A program made the translations under genes and the position numbers. A DNA stretch of 64,000 bases. Origin: Desulfobacterales bacterium. Its GTDB lineage: Bacteria; Desulfobacterota; Desulfobacteria; Desulfobacterales; UBA5852. The notes under the pieces were generated by a model. The model saw only the letters and a program-made list of their open reading frames with translations, had not been told where the DNA came from and ran no database searches. This document shows, in pieces, positions 32,736 to 41,571 of this stretch; within the stretch, counting starts at the first letter, position 1, and every line of letters begins with the position of its first letter. Where the stretch lies: NCBI GenBank assembly GCA_963674755.2, contig CAXXVS010000003.1, positions 1,472,001 to 1,536,000 of the forward strand, given 5' to 3'.

Positions 32736-32862
32736 GCGCTCCGTCCGCAGCTACGTCTGCGTAAACGCCGGCGGGGTCGGCCCGATCAGGCGGGGCGCAC
32801 TCCGGCATGGTCGGGTGGGTGCCGGATGCCCAGCCGACGACCCCGCAGCGGGGAGGTGGCTC

Positions 32863-33018
32863 ATGACCATATGGAAATGTTCCAACTGCGGCTATACCGT
32901 CAAGCAGGAAAAACCCCCGGAACCGTGTCCGTCCTGCGGCGAGAAGTGCGAGTTTCTCAACGCCACGTGCTATACGCCCGACTGCCGCGACCAGGAGATC
33001 GACAAGCGGATCCGTTAA
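32863..33018 (+). CDS. Small rubredoxin-like protein with extra C-terminal Cys pair (not separately in ORF track)
   Basis: MTIWKCSNCGY..PCPSCGEKCEFLNATCYTPDC; GGAGG RBS. Confidence 0.8.
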   Translation: MTIWKCSNCGYTVKQEKPPEPCPSCGEKCEFLNATCYTPDCRDQEIDKRIR

Positions 33019-33034
33019 GAAGGAGAATGATACC

Positions 33035-33469
33035 ATGGGCAGGGCATTGATCGTCTACACCACCCGTACGCAGGAAACCCGGCAGATCGCGGATCTGATC
33101 GCGGAGGGGATTCGTTTTTCCGGCCATGAGGCTGTTGTCCAGGATGTGAAGGACATCAAAAAGGAAGGGGACCTGGCAGGTTACGACGCCTATCTCTTCG
33201 GCTCGCCGACCTATCACGGGGAGATGATCCAGCCCATGAAGACCTTTCTTTTCCTGGCGGAAAAGGCGGATCTGGCCGACAAGGTGGGGGGGGCCTTCGG
33301 CGCTCACGGATGGAGCACGGAAGCCCAGGAACGGATCTACCAGACCATGAAAACAGTTTTCAAGATGGATATGGTCAGCGGCCCGCTCCTTTTGAAATCC
33401 GCCAGTCTCGGGGGCGGCCTCCAGATGGCCCAGGACTACGGGCGCGACATTGCCAAGAAGATGACCTGA
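33035..33469 (+). CDS. Flavodoxin-domain protein
   Basis: LIVYTTRTQET, FGSPTYHG, AFGAHGWSTEA. Confidence 0.88.
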   Translation: MGRALIVYTTRTQETRQIADLIAEGIRFSGHEAVVQDVKDIKKEGDLAGYDAYLFGSPTYHGEMIQPMKTFLFLAEKADLADKVGGAFGAHGWSTEAQERIYQTMKTVFKMDMVSGPLLLKSASLGGGLQMAQDYGRDIAKKMT

Positions 33470-33536
33470 ACTTCTATTCCTGCACGGGCGGTGACGTCTT
33501 CCCGACCGGCAGACACCACGACCACAAGGAGGCATC

Positions 33537-33740
33537 ATGACAACACCTCAACATTGTCCAGGCTACGAAAACTTTCGCAATCTGAAATCCTTTACCTGCA
33601 AATGCTCCGAATGCGGCGCCGAGATTGAGATTTTTTCAGATGAATTTGACCGCAAGCACCAATGCAAAGGGTGTGGCAAACCGATCGATTTTACCCAGTG
33701 TGAACTGACCGGCGAGGCCCAAAGCCTGTCTCCCCGCTGA
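33537..33740 (+). CDS. Small Zn/Fe-ribbon protein
   Basis: HCPG..CSECG..EIFSDE..CKGCG; AAGGAGG RBS. Confidence 0.78.
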   Translation: MTTPQHCPGYENFRNLKSFTCKCSECGAEIEIFSDEFDRKHQCKGCGKPIDFTQCELTGEAQSLSPR

Positions 33741-33875
33741 CGCTGATCTATAGCCCGCCGTGAAGGCACTTTTTCCCGGCGGAGGATGCCCATGCTATCG
33801 CCCAACCGGCGGGTCGGAATACGGCCTGCATCCGGTACAGGGGATGTGTCACCCTGATTTACGGAGGAATTGTCA

Positions 33876-35186
33876 ATGGATGTGGTCACCCTATCGCGTT
33901 TGCAATTTTATGCAACATCGGCCTTTCACTTCCTTTTTGTCCCCCTGACATTAGGGCTGAGCTGGATCGTCGCCTATATGGAAACCAAGTACGTCCGCAC
34001 CGGCGATGAGACCTACCTGACCATGACCAAGTTCTGGGGAAAGATCTTTCTCATCAATTTTGCCGTAGGGGTTGTCACCGGCATTACCCTGGAATTTCAG
34101 TTCGGCACCAACTGGTCAGGCTATTCGGCCTATGTGGGCGATATTTTCGGCTCCCTGCTGGCCATCGAGGCCACGGCCGCCTTTTTCCTGGAATCCACTT
34201 TCATCGGGGTCTGGATCTTTGGCTGGCAGAAGCTGGCGCCCAAAACCCACGCCATCGTCGCCTGGTTGGTGGCCATCGGTTCCAATGTGTCGGCGGTCTG
34301 GATCCTGATCGCCAACTCCTGGATGCAGCACCCGGTGGGCTACACCATGCGCAACGGCCGGGCCGAACTGACCGACTTTCTGGCGGTGGTCACCCAGCCC
34401 TTCGCGGTCACGCAAATCGTTCACGTGTTGAGCAGCGCCCTCCTTCTGGCCGGCTTTCTCATCATGGGAATCAGTGCCTATCACCTTCTGAAAAAGCAGA
34501 ACATTGACTTTTTCACCCGCTCTTTCCGGATCGGCGTGGTGTGCGGCCTGGTGGGGTCCCTGGCGGTCGCCATTTTAGGCGATTTCCATGCCAAGGAAGT
34601 TACCGAAAAGCAGCCGGTCAAACTGGCCGCCATGGAATCGCTGTGGAAAACCACCCGGCAGGCACCGATTTATCTATTTGCGATTCCGGATGAGGAGAAC
34701 GGCCGCAATGCGGTGGAATTCCTGTCCATCCCGGGCGCGCTGAGTTTTCTGGGCTATGGCAACTTCAACGCCGAGGTCAAGGGGCTGAATGACTTCCCCC
34801 GGGATGAACGGCCGCCGGTTCTGCCCGTTTTTCTGGCGTTTCGGGGCATGGTGGCGCTGGGAACTTACTTTATTTTGATCACGATCGTGGCCTTTATCCG
34901 GCGCAACAAATTATTGGAAAGCCCGCTGCTGCTGAAGATCCTGCTGTTCTCGATCCCCCTGCCTTACCTGGCCACCCAATTGGGATGGGTGGTGACCGAA
35001 CTGGGGCGCCAGCCCTGGATCGTCTGGGGGATGCTGCGCACGAGTGCCGCGGGCTCACCGATCGCCGTCAGCCAGGTGGTCACAACCCTCGTGGGTTTCA
35101 GCCTGGTTTACACGTTGCTGGGCGTTGCCGGCTATTATCTGATTATTCAGCACGCCAAACGGGGGCCGGCGGCCACGGCGGCCTAG
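33876..35186 (+). CDS. cydA: Cytochrome bd oxidase subunit I (short Q-loop)
   Basis: FHFLFVP, EFQFGTNW, ANSWMQHP, QPVKLAAME, ELGRQPW. Confidence 0.96.
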   Translation: MDVVTLSRLQFYATSAFHFLFVPLTLGLSWIVAYMETKYVRTGDETYLTMTKFWGKIFLINFAVGVVTGITLEFQFGTNWSGYSAYVGDIFGSLLAIEATAAFFLESTFIGVWIFGWQKLAPKTHAIVAWLVAIGSNVSAVWILIANSWMQHPVGYTMRNGRAELTDFLAVVTQPFAVTQIVHVLSSALLLAGFLIMGISAYHLLKKQNIDFFTRSFRIGVVCGLVGSLAVAILGDFHAKEVTEKQPVKLAAMESLWKTTRQAPIYLFAIPDEENGRNAVEFLSIPGALSFLGYGNFNAEVKGLNDFPRDERPPVLPVFLAFRGMVALGTYFILITIVAFIRRNKLLESPLLLKILLFSIPLPYLATQLGWVVTELGRQPWIVWGMLRTSAAGSPIAVSQVVTTLVGFSLVYTLLGVAGYYLIIQHAKRGPAATAA

Positions 35187-35250
35187 ACAGGCCAACGGCA
35201 TCGGTGTAGAGCTGCAAGTCATCTGAACTACTTTCGTTTGAGAGGGCGCA

Positions 35251-36279
35251 ATGGATCTACAGGCTATTTGGTTTTTTCTCTGGGGATTATTATGGGCGGT
35301 TTTTTTCATGACCGACGGATTCGATTTTGGTGTCGGCACCCTATACCCTTTTCTGGGCAAGACGGATGAAGAAAAGCATACCATGATCGCGGCCATCGGG
35401 CCCTTGTGGGATGGCAACGAGGTCTGGCTGATATCGGCCGGCGGCGTCACCTTTGCCGCCTTTCCCCTGGTCTATGCAGTCATGTTCTCCACACTCTATT
35501 CCGCCTTGATGCTGATTCTCTTCACCCTGATCCTGCGGGGGGTATCCTTCGAGTTTCGCAACCAGGTGGAAGATCCGCGTTGGAAGCGCATCTGGGATAC
35601 CTGCATTTTTATCGGTAGTGCCGGGCCGGCACTGCTTTTCGGGGTGGCTTTCGCCAATATTTTCCAAGGCATTCCCTTTGACGGCGCAGGCGTCTACCAT
35701 GGTTCCTTGTTTACCCTTTTAAATCCCTACGGCTTGTTGGGGGGCGTTCTTTTCCTGGTACTTTTTCTCCAGCACGGCGCATTGTGGCTGGGGATCAGAA
35801 CCGGCGGAGCCCTCCAGGTACGCGCAACACGACTGGCCGCCCTGCTGTGGCCCTTGGTGGTCGTGGTGGCGGTGGTCTTTCTGGTGGCCAGTTGGTTCAA
35901 AACCAATCTTTACGTCAACTACCTGGCCCATCCGGCCCTGTTTATCGTCATCGCCGTGACCGTATCGGCCCTCTTGGCCGTGAGGGTTTTCATCGCCCGC
36001 CAAGCCTGGTTTACGGCCTGGTTCGCTTCGGCCCTGACCATCGTCGGCGCCACCTTTTTCGGTGTCATCGGGTTGTTCCCGAATCTCTTTCCTTCCAGCC
36101 TGGACGCGGTCTTCAATCTGACGGCCCGCAATGCCAGCTCCAGCCCGTTGACCCTGAAGATCATGCTGGTGGTGGCCATTATCTTCGTTCCGATCGTCCT
36201 GGTTTATCAGGCCTGGTCTTACAATCTGTTCAAACACAGGGTATTGCCCGCCGACCTGGCACATGAGGAAACCTATTGA
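35251..36279 (+). CDS. cydB: Cytochrome bd oxidase subunit II
   Basis: TDGFDFG, IGPLWDGNEVWL, FAAFP, LRGVSFEFR. Confidence 0.96.
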   Translation: MDLQAIWFFLWGLLWAVFFMTDGFDFGVGTLYPFLGKTDEEKHTMIAAIGPLWDGNEVWLISAGGVTFAAFPLVYAVMFSTLYSALMLILFTLILRGVSFEFRNQVEDPRWKRIWDTCIFIGSAGPALLFGVAFANIFQGIPFDGAGVYHGSLFTLLNPYGLLGGVLFLVLFLQHGALWLGIRTGGALQVRATRLAALLWPLVVVVAVVFLVASWFKTNLYVNYLAHPALFIVIAVTVSALLAVRVFIARQAWFTAWFASALTIVGATFFGVIGLFPNLFPSSLDAVFNLTARNASSSPLTLKIMLVVAIIFVPIVLVYQAWSYNLFKHRVLPADLAHEETY

Positions 36280-36317
36280 GCAGGGAAGGAACGCGGCTTT
36301 TCCAAAGGAGATGTGCC

Positions 36318-36674
36318 ATGCAAACGGTGAAAGTGCTTGTCGTGATGCTGGTGTTAATGGGGTTTGTCGGACTGGCGGGGGCTTACACCATCCAGACGGA
36401 AAACAAGGGGGAGGCCCGGATTACCCTGGACGGCGGCCGGAGCGGTCCGGTGCCCTTTCCCCACCGGGTCCACCAGACGGCCCTGGACGACTGCAAGGTT
36501 TGTCACGACCTCTTCCCGCAGCAGGCCGGCGCTATCGATACCCTGAAAGCCAGCGGCACGTTGAAAGCCAAGCAAATCATGAACAAAAGCTGTATCAAGT
36601 GCCATAAGGAATTGAAAAAAGAGGGCAAGAAAACGGGACCGACCACTTGCAAAACCTGCCACGCCAAAAAATGA
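36318..36674 (+). CDS. Periplasmic triheme cytochrome c7/c3-like protein
   Basis: Signal peptide; PFPHRVH; CKVCH, CIKCH, GPTTCKTCH. Confidence 0.88.
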   Translation: MQTVKVLVVMLVLMGFVGLAGAYTIQTENKGEARITLDGGRSGPVPFPHRVHQTALDDCKVCHDLFPQQAGAIDTLKASGTLKAKQIMNKSCIKCHKELKKEGKKTGPTTCKTCHAKK

Positions 36675-36712
36675 GGGTTTAGGGCCGGCGGATAGACAAA
36701 GGAGCATTGCGC

Positions 36713-37669
36713 ATGTTGGTTGTCGGATTACAGGGGAGCCCGCGACGCAAGGGCAACAGCCGCTATCTGCTGGAGAATTTCCTGCAGGCCGCGGCTTCGT
36801 TCGGCGCCCAGACGCGCATGATCGAGGTGGACCGCTGTGATATTCGCCCCTGTAAGGAATACACCGTATGCGAGAAGAAGGGCTACTGCCCCATCGAAGA
36901 TGACATGCTGCGGGAAGTCTACGGTCTGATTCGCCGGGCCGATCTGGTGGTGGCGGCCACGCCGGTGTTTTTTTATAATATGACGGCCCAGCTCAAGGCG
37001 CTTATCGACCGTTGCCAAACCTTCTGGGCGCGCAAGTATCGCCTGCGCTGGCGCGATCCCCGTCGCAAAATCAAGAAAGGGTATTTGCTTTCGGTGGCGG
37101 CCACCCGGGGCAATACGCTGTTTGACGCCATCCACTTGACCATGCAGTATTTTTATGATGCCATCGATGCCGAATATGCCGGCCATTTGACCTATCGCGG
37201 CATCGAAGGCCCCAAGGATATGGCCCACCACACCACGGTCCTCGACGATATTCAGCGCGCCGTGGCCGGCCTCATGGGGCCCCTGGCGGAGCGCAAGCGA
37301 CTGCTGATCCTGGGCCCCCGCGGCACCTGTGCCACGCAGTTGACGGCGGCCCTGGTGCGGGCCAGGGCCGCCGAGCGTTTCGACGTGCGCGTGGCCGGCC
37401 TGGAACCGGGTGCGGGGGTTGACGGCGACGCTGTACGGGTCATGGCGGTGCGCGGTTGGGACATCGAATATGAACACCCCCTTTCCGTCGATACCGCCCT
37501 CGACGGCTGGCGGCCCGACCTGACCCTGGCTTTGGGCGCCGATATGCCGGTATCCGGCAGGGGCGAGGTCATCCAGTGGGAGTTGCCCGCCGGGCGGCCG
37601 GAGGGTGCCGACCATCTGGGGGCCTTATGTGATCTGCTCGATGAACGAATTGCCGCCTTGATCCATTGA
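36713..37669 (+). CDS. Iron-sulfur flavoprotein/FMN reductase domain fused to a degenerate ArsC/LMW-PTP-like domain
   Basis: GSPRRKGNS, CKEYTVCEKKGYC, ATPVFFY..LKALIDR; C-terminal VAGLEPG..AVRVMA..GWDI. Confidence 0.75.
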   Translation: MLVVGLQGSPRRKGNSRYLLENFLQAAASFGAQTRMIEVDRCDIRPCKEYTVCEKKGYCPIEDDMLREVYGLIRRADLVVAATPVFFYNMTAQLKALIDRCQTFWARKYRLRWRDPRRKIKKGYLLSVAATRGNTLFDAIHLTMQYFYDAIDAEYAGHLTYRGIEGPKDMAHHTTVLDDIQRAVAGLMGPLAERKRLLILGPRGTCATQLTAALVRARAAERFDVRVAGLEPGAGVDGDAVRVMAVRGWDIEYEHPLSVDTALDGWRPDLTLALGADMPVSGRGEVIQWELPAGRPEGADHLGALCDLLDERIAALIH

Positions 37670-37735
37670 TCAAAGATCGGTATAACCTCGGAGACAAGTG
37701 TAACGATATCTTGAAGGCAAAGGAGGAAGCGTTCC

Positions 37736-37897
37736 ATGGACAAGTATGTGTGCACGATTTGCGGTTATGTCTACGACCCGGCCCAGGGTGATCCCGACAA
37801 CGATGTGGCTCCCGGTACCGCCTGGGAGGATGTGCCCGAAGACTGGGTCTGCCCGATTTGCGGGGCCGGCAAGGACGATTTCGAAAAAGAAGAGTAG
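37736..37897 (+). CDS. rub: Rubredoxin (53 aa; below ORF-track cutoff)
   Basis: [52 protein letters not shown]. Confidence 0.97.
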   Translation: MDKYVCTICGYVYDPAQGDPDNDVAPGTAWEDVPEDWVCPICGAGKDDFEKEE

Positions 37898-37928
37898 TCA
37901 CCGTCTATCCGCACCAGCGAAGCTTGTT

Positions 37929-37975
37929 TCAATGCCCTTTTCAACCGCCGCAGGATTGGAAAGGGCATTGATTTT
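37929..37975 (+). terminator. Hairpin after rubredoxin
   Basis: TCAATGCCCTTTTCAA..TTGGAAAGGGCATTGA followed by TTTT. Confidence 0.55.
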
Positions 37976-38217
37976 GCTGCGCGGCGTCTTATCTTTTCAC
38001 TCTGGTTCGGGCAGGCGGTGGCTCACGCCGCAGCGTTGCCCAGCGATCCCCGAAGCGTCGTTGCCATTACCATGAACACCGGTAGCCAACCCGCCAACCG
38101 TAACCGGCGGCCTTGGCGGATGGCCTTCAACGTCCCAATATCCTCTTCCGCCGACAAATGCCCATTGGCATTAGGGGCGGGGAGCCAATAGCAACCACCA
38201 CTTTTTGAGGGAGTAAC

Positions 38218-39402
38218 ATGCGACCCATCGAAATTGCGGAAGGAATCTACGACGTCGGCGTGAAGGACTGGAACATCAGGGATTTTCACGGCTACAGCAC
38301 CCATCAGGGATCGACCTACAACGCCTTTCTGGTGATGGATGAAAAAATCGCCCTGATCGACGCGGTCAAAAAGGATTTTGCGGACCAGCTGCTGGATAAC
38401 ATTGCTCAGATCGTAGACCCCCGGAAGATCGATCTGGTGGTCAGCAACCATACCGAGATGGACCATTCCGGCGCCCTGCCGCGGGTCATGCACCGCATCG
38501 GCGAAGCCAAGCCCCTTTACTGTTCCCAAATGGGCGCCAAGAACCTCAAACAGCATTTCTTTCCCGCCTGGAACTACCAGCCGGTCGCAAACGGCGACGA
38601 GCTCAGCCTGGGGCGCCGCACCCTGACCTTCTTGGAAACGCGCATGCTGCATTGGCCGGACAGCATGTTTACCTATCTCAAGGAAGACCAGATCCTGTTT
38701 TCCAGCGACGCCTTCGGACAGCACTATGCCGGTCCCGAAAAATTTGACGACGAAATCGGCGACCGGATCATGCCCCATGCCAAAAAGTATTATGCCAACA
38801 TTCTCCTGCTCTATGCGGCCAAAACCCTCAAGCTGCTCGAAAAAGTGCAGGCGATGGGGCTTGCCTTCAAAATGATCTGCCCCGACCATGGCATCCTCTG
38901 GCGCAAGGACATCGACAAGATCCTGGGCGCCTACCAACGCTGGTCCAAGCAGGAGACCAAAAACAAGGCCCTGGTGGTCTATGACACCATGTGGCACAGC
39001 ACCCAGCTCATGGCCGAAGCCATCACCGCCGGGCTGGCGGAAGCCGGCGTCTACGCGGTTCCCATGGATCTGCGTCGCACCGACCGCAGCGACGTGATGA
39101 CCGAAGTGCTCGATGCCCGGGCCGTACTCGTGGGGTCGCCCACCCTCAACAACCAGATCTTTCCCACGGTCAGCGACTTTCTGACCTATATGAAGGGCCT
39201 CAAGCCGAAGAACCGCATCGGGGCGGCCTTCGGTTCCTACGGCTGGAGCGGGGAAGCCGTGCGGCAGATCACCGGCGAACTTGATGCCATGAAGTTCGAC
39301 CTGGTCGAACCGGGTCTGCGCATTCAGTACGTACCGGACAAGGAAGGCCTGGCCGCCTGCGAAGACTTCGGTCGCAAGGTGGCCGCTGCCATGCAGGCCT
39401 GA
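38218..39402 (+). CDS. Flavodiiron protein (rubredoxin:oxygen/NO oxidoreductase, FprA/Roo)
   Basis: NHTEMDHSG, LHWPDSM, SSDAFGQH, PDHG, flavodoxin domain AFGSYGWSGEA. Confidence 0.95.
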   Translation: MRPIEIAEGIYDVGVKDWNIRDFHGYSTHQGSTYNAFLVMDEKIALIDAVKKDFADQLLDNIAQIVDPRKIDLVVSNHTEMDHSGALPRVMHRIGEAKPLYCSQMGAKNLKQHFFPAWNYQPVANGDELSLGRRTLTFLETRMLHWPDSMFTYLKEDQILFSSDAFGQHYAGPEKFDDEIGDRIMPHAKKYYANILLLYAAKTLKLLEKVQAMGLAFKMICPDHGILWRKDIDKILGAYQRWSKQETKNKALVVYDTMWHSTQLMAEAITAGLAEAGVYAVPMDLRRTDRSDVMTEVLDARAVLVGSPTLNNQIFPTVSDFLTYMKGLKPKNRIGAAFGSYGWSGEAVRQITGELDAMKFDLVEPGLRIQYVPDKEGLAACEDFGRKVAAAMQA

Positions 39403-39449
39403 TACCCGTCCCGGTCTTCCGGAGACCACCAGATTAAGGAGCGCAAGGG

Positions 39450-39641
39450 ATGAAAGTGCCGGTCATCGATATCAGCGATTGCACCTTGTGTGCCGGCTGC
39501 TATGACATGTATCCCGAGCTGTTCCGCCTGAACGATGCCGGTTTCGTGGAAGTGGTCGATAGGGAATGCTATCCGCAGGCGGAAGTGGACGATGCCATCA
39601 AGAACTGCCCCCAGGACTGTATCCACTGGGAGGATGTCTGA
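39450..39641 (+). CDS. Monocluster ferredoxin
   Basis: CTLCAGC..NCPQDCI. Confidence 0.88.
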   Translation: MKVPVIDISDCTLCAGCYDMYPELFRLNDAGFVEVVDRECYPQAEVDDAIKNCPQDCIHWEDV

Positions 39642-39700
39642 TCCGCCGGCGCCGTGTTTTTGCTCACGTACCGCCTGTCACCCCAACGAGGAGATCAAGA

Positions 39701-40048
39701 ATGTCTAAAGTCGCCATGTTTGTCTTCAATGGCTCGCCCATGTGCTTCGTGCATGTCCTGCTGAACGCCCTGGACATGCACGGGCGCGGGGACGCGGTGC
39801 AAATCGTCATGGAAGGCGAAGCAACCAAGCTGGTGGGCGAACTGGCCAAGCCGGACAACTGGCTTCACGGCCTGTGGCAGAAAGCCCGCGGCACAAATCT
39901 GGTGGCCGGCGCCTGCAAGGCCTGCGCCCAGAAGCTGGGCGCCAAAGCCGGCATTGAAGCCGAGGAACTGCCGTTTCTGGACGATATGAACGGACACCCC
40001 GGCATGGCGGCCTTTCGCGACCGGGGCTATGAGATCATGACATTCTAA
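39701..40048 (+). CDS. DsrE/F-like cytoplasmic protein
   Basis: FVHVLLNALDM, IVMEGEAT, GACKACA, GYEIMTF. Confidence 0.75.
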   Translation: MSKVAMFVFNGSPMCFVHVLLNALDMHGRGDAVQIVMEGEATKLVGELAKPDNWLHGLWQKARGTNLVAGACKACAQKLGAKAGIEAEELPFLDDMNGHPGMAAFRDRGYEIMTF

Positions 40049-40103
40049 TTTCCAAGCACCCGGCCGCACGTTTTTGTTGGTTTTTGGGGAAAAGGGGGAG
40101 CGC

Positions 40104-40799
40104 ATGCCGAATCAGGACGCATCCCATCGCGCACTTAAACGCCGCATGCACGACCTCCTGCTGGATGACGATTTCGGGCGGGCCATGGCCGAGCTGACGA
40201 CCTTGCCCCCGCGGCGGGCGGTGAATCCCCTGTTCGCCTTTTTTTGCAGCTTAACCCCGCTGTTGCGCTGGCGCGCCGTGAGCGGCATGGGGGTGGTGGT
40301 CAGCCGGCTGGCGGAGACCCGGATGGAATCCGCCCGGGTGGTGATGCGCCGCCTCATGTGGACCCTGAACGACGAATCCGGCGGCATCGGGTGGGGGGCC
40401 CCGGAGGCCATGGGCGAGATCACCGCCCGGCATGCCCGCCTGGCCGGGGAATTCGCTCATATCCTGGTGTCCTATATTCGCCCGGACGGCAATTTCCTGG
40501 AACACCCCACCCTTCAGCGCGGTCTGCTATGGGGCCTCGGACGCCTGGCCCACGCACGGCCTGAGGCAGCCGTTGAGGCGGAACCCCTTGTAAGGCCGTT
40601 CCTGACATCGACGGATGCCTGCCACCGGGGCCATGCCGCCTGGTTCGTGGGTGCCTTCACCAGCGGCACAGCCGATCCTGATCTCCGGCGTCTGGCGGGC
40701 GACGATGCCCTTTTCCCATTCTACCAGGCAGGTGCCTTGACAGAGGTCACGGTGGCGGATGCCGCCCATGGGAGACTCGCCCCCGCCACCAAGCAGTGA
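40104..40799 (+). CDS. HEAT-repeat-like protein (DVU0298-like family)
   Basis: MESARVVMRRLMWTLNDESGGIGWGAPEAMGEI, LQRGLLWGLGRL. Confidence 0.75.
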   Translation: MPNQDASHRALKRRMHDLLLDDDFGRAMAELTTLPPRRAVNPLFAFFCSLTPLLRWRAVSGMGVVVSRLAETRMESARVVMRRLMWTLNDESGGIGWGAPEAMGEITARHARLAGEFAHILVSYIRPDGNFLEHPTLQRGLLWGLGRLAHARPEAAVEAEPLVRPFLTSTDACHRGHAAWFVGAFTSGTADPDLRRLAGDDALFPFYQAGALTEVTVADAAHGRLAPATKQ

Positions 40800-40827
40800 A
40801 AAGCGGGACCTGGAAGGAGCATTTGAC

Positions 40828-41328
40828 ATGACCAACACGATCACCCCCCAAAAAATCGCAACGGCGGATCTTTGTGACGCCCATGCCGATCAGCTTCAAA
40901 TCGCGCAACCCCTCTTTCGTTCCTACGGCGGCTGCCGGCAGTTCGGCGGACGGATTGCCACCGTCCAGGTGTTTAAGGACAATGTACTCGTGCGCCGCCA
41001 GCTGGAACAAACCGTCGCCGGGGCCGTTCTGGTGATCGACGGCGGAAGGTCCCTCGAATGCGCCCTGGTGGGCGACATCCTGGCGGGACTGGCCGTGGAA
41101 AACGGCTGGCAGGGCATCGTGGTCAACGGCTGCATCCGGGATGCGGCGGCCATGGCTGATTTGAAGATCGGTATCCGGGCTCTCAATACCCACCCCCTCA
41201 AAAGCGGGAAAAGGGGCACCGGTCAGGAAAACCTGCCAGTCACCTTCGCCGGAGTCACCTTTCGGCCGGGTGACTATCTTTACGCCGATGAGGACGGCAT
41301 GGTCACTTCCGCCACCCCATTGATCTGA
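40828..41328 (+). CDS. rraA: RraA-family protein (RNase E regulator / HMG aldolase-like)
   Basis: TADLCDAH, VLVIDGG..ALVGD, NGCIRD, YADEDG. Confidence 0.88.
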   Translation: MTNTITPQKIATADLCDAHADQLQIAQPLFRSYGGCRQFGGRIATVQVFKDNVLVRRQLEQTVAGAVLVIDGGRSLECALVGDILAGLAVENGWQGIVVNGCIRDAAAMADLKIGIRALNTHPLKSGKRGTGQENLPVTFAGVTFRPGDYLYADEDGMVTSATPLI

Positions 41329-41571
41329 GCGCCGCCGGACAGGACGTTTTTTCGACGGTTGGGGCCGCGCATCCACCGCTGTGGCGCCCGTCTCTCCTTA
41401 CGGGATGCTTGTCCGCTAGCCGCTTCGACGTCCCTTTGCCGTCCGGACGCCAGGCAGGCCCCCTAATCTTGTGTTAGATCAATGTCAAGTCGCACCGCAT
41501 GGGTTATCGTCGTCCATGATGAATCACCTGAAAAACATGGAAAATATGACCGGCGGAAGGGAGGTGCCGCT

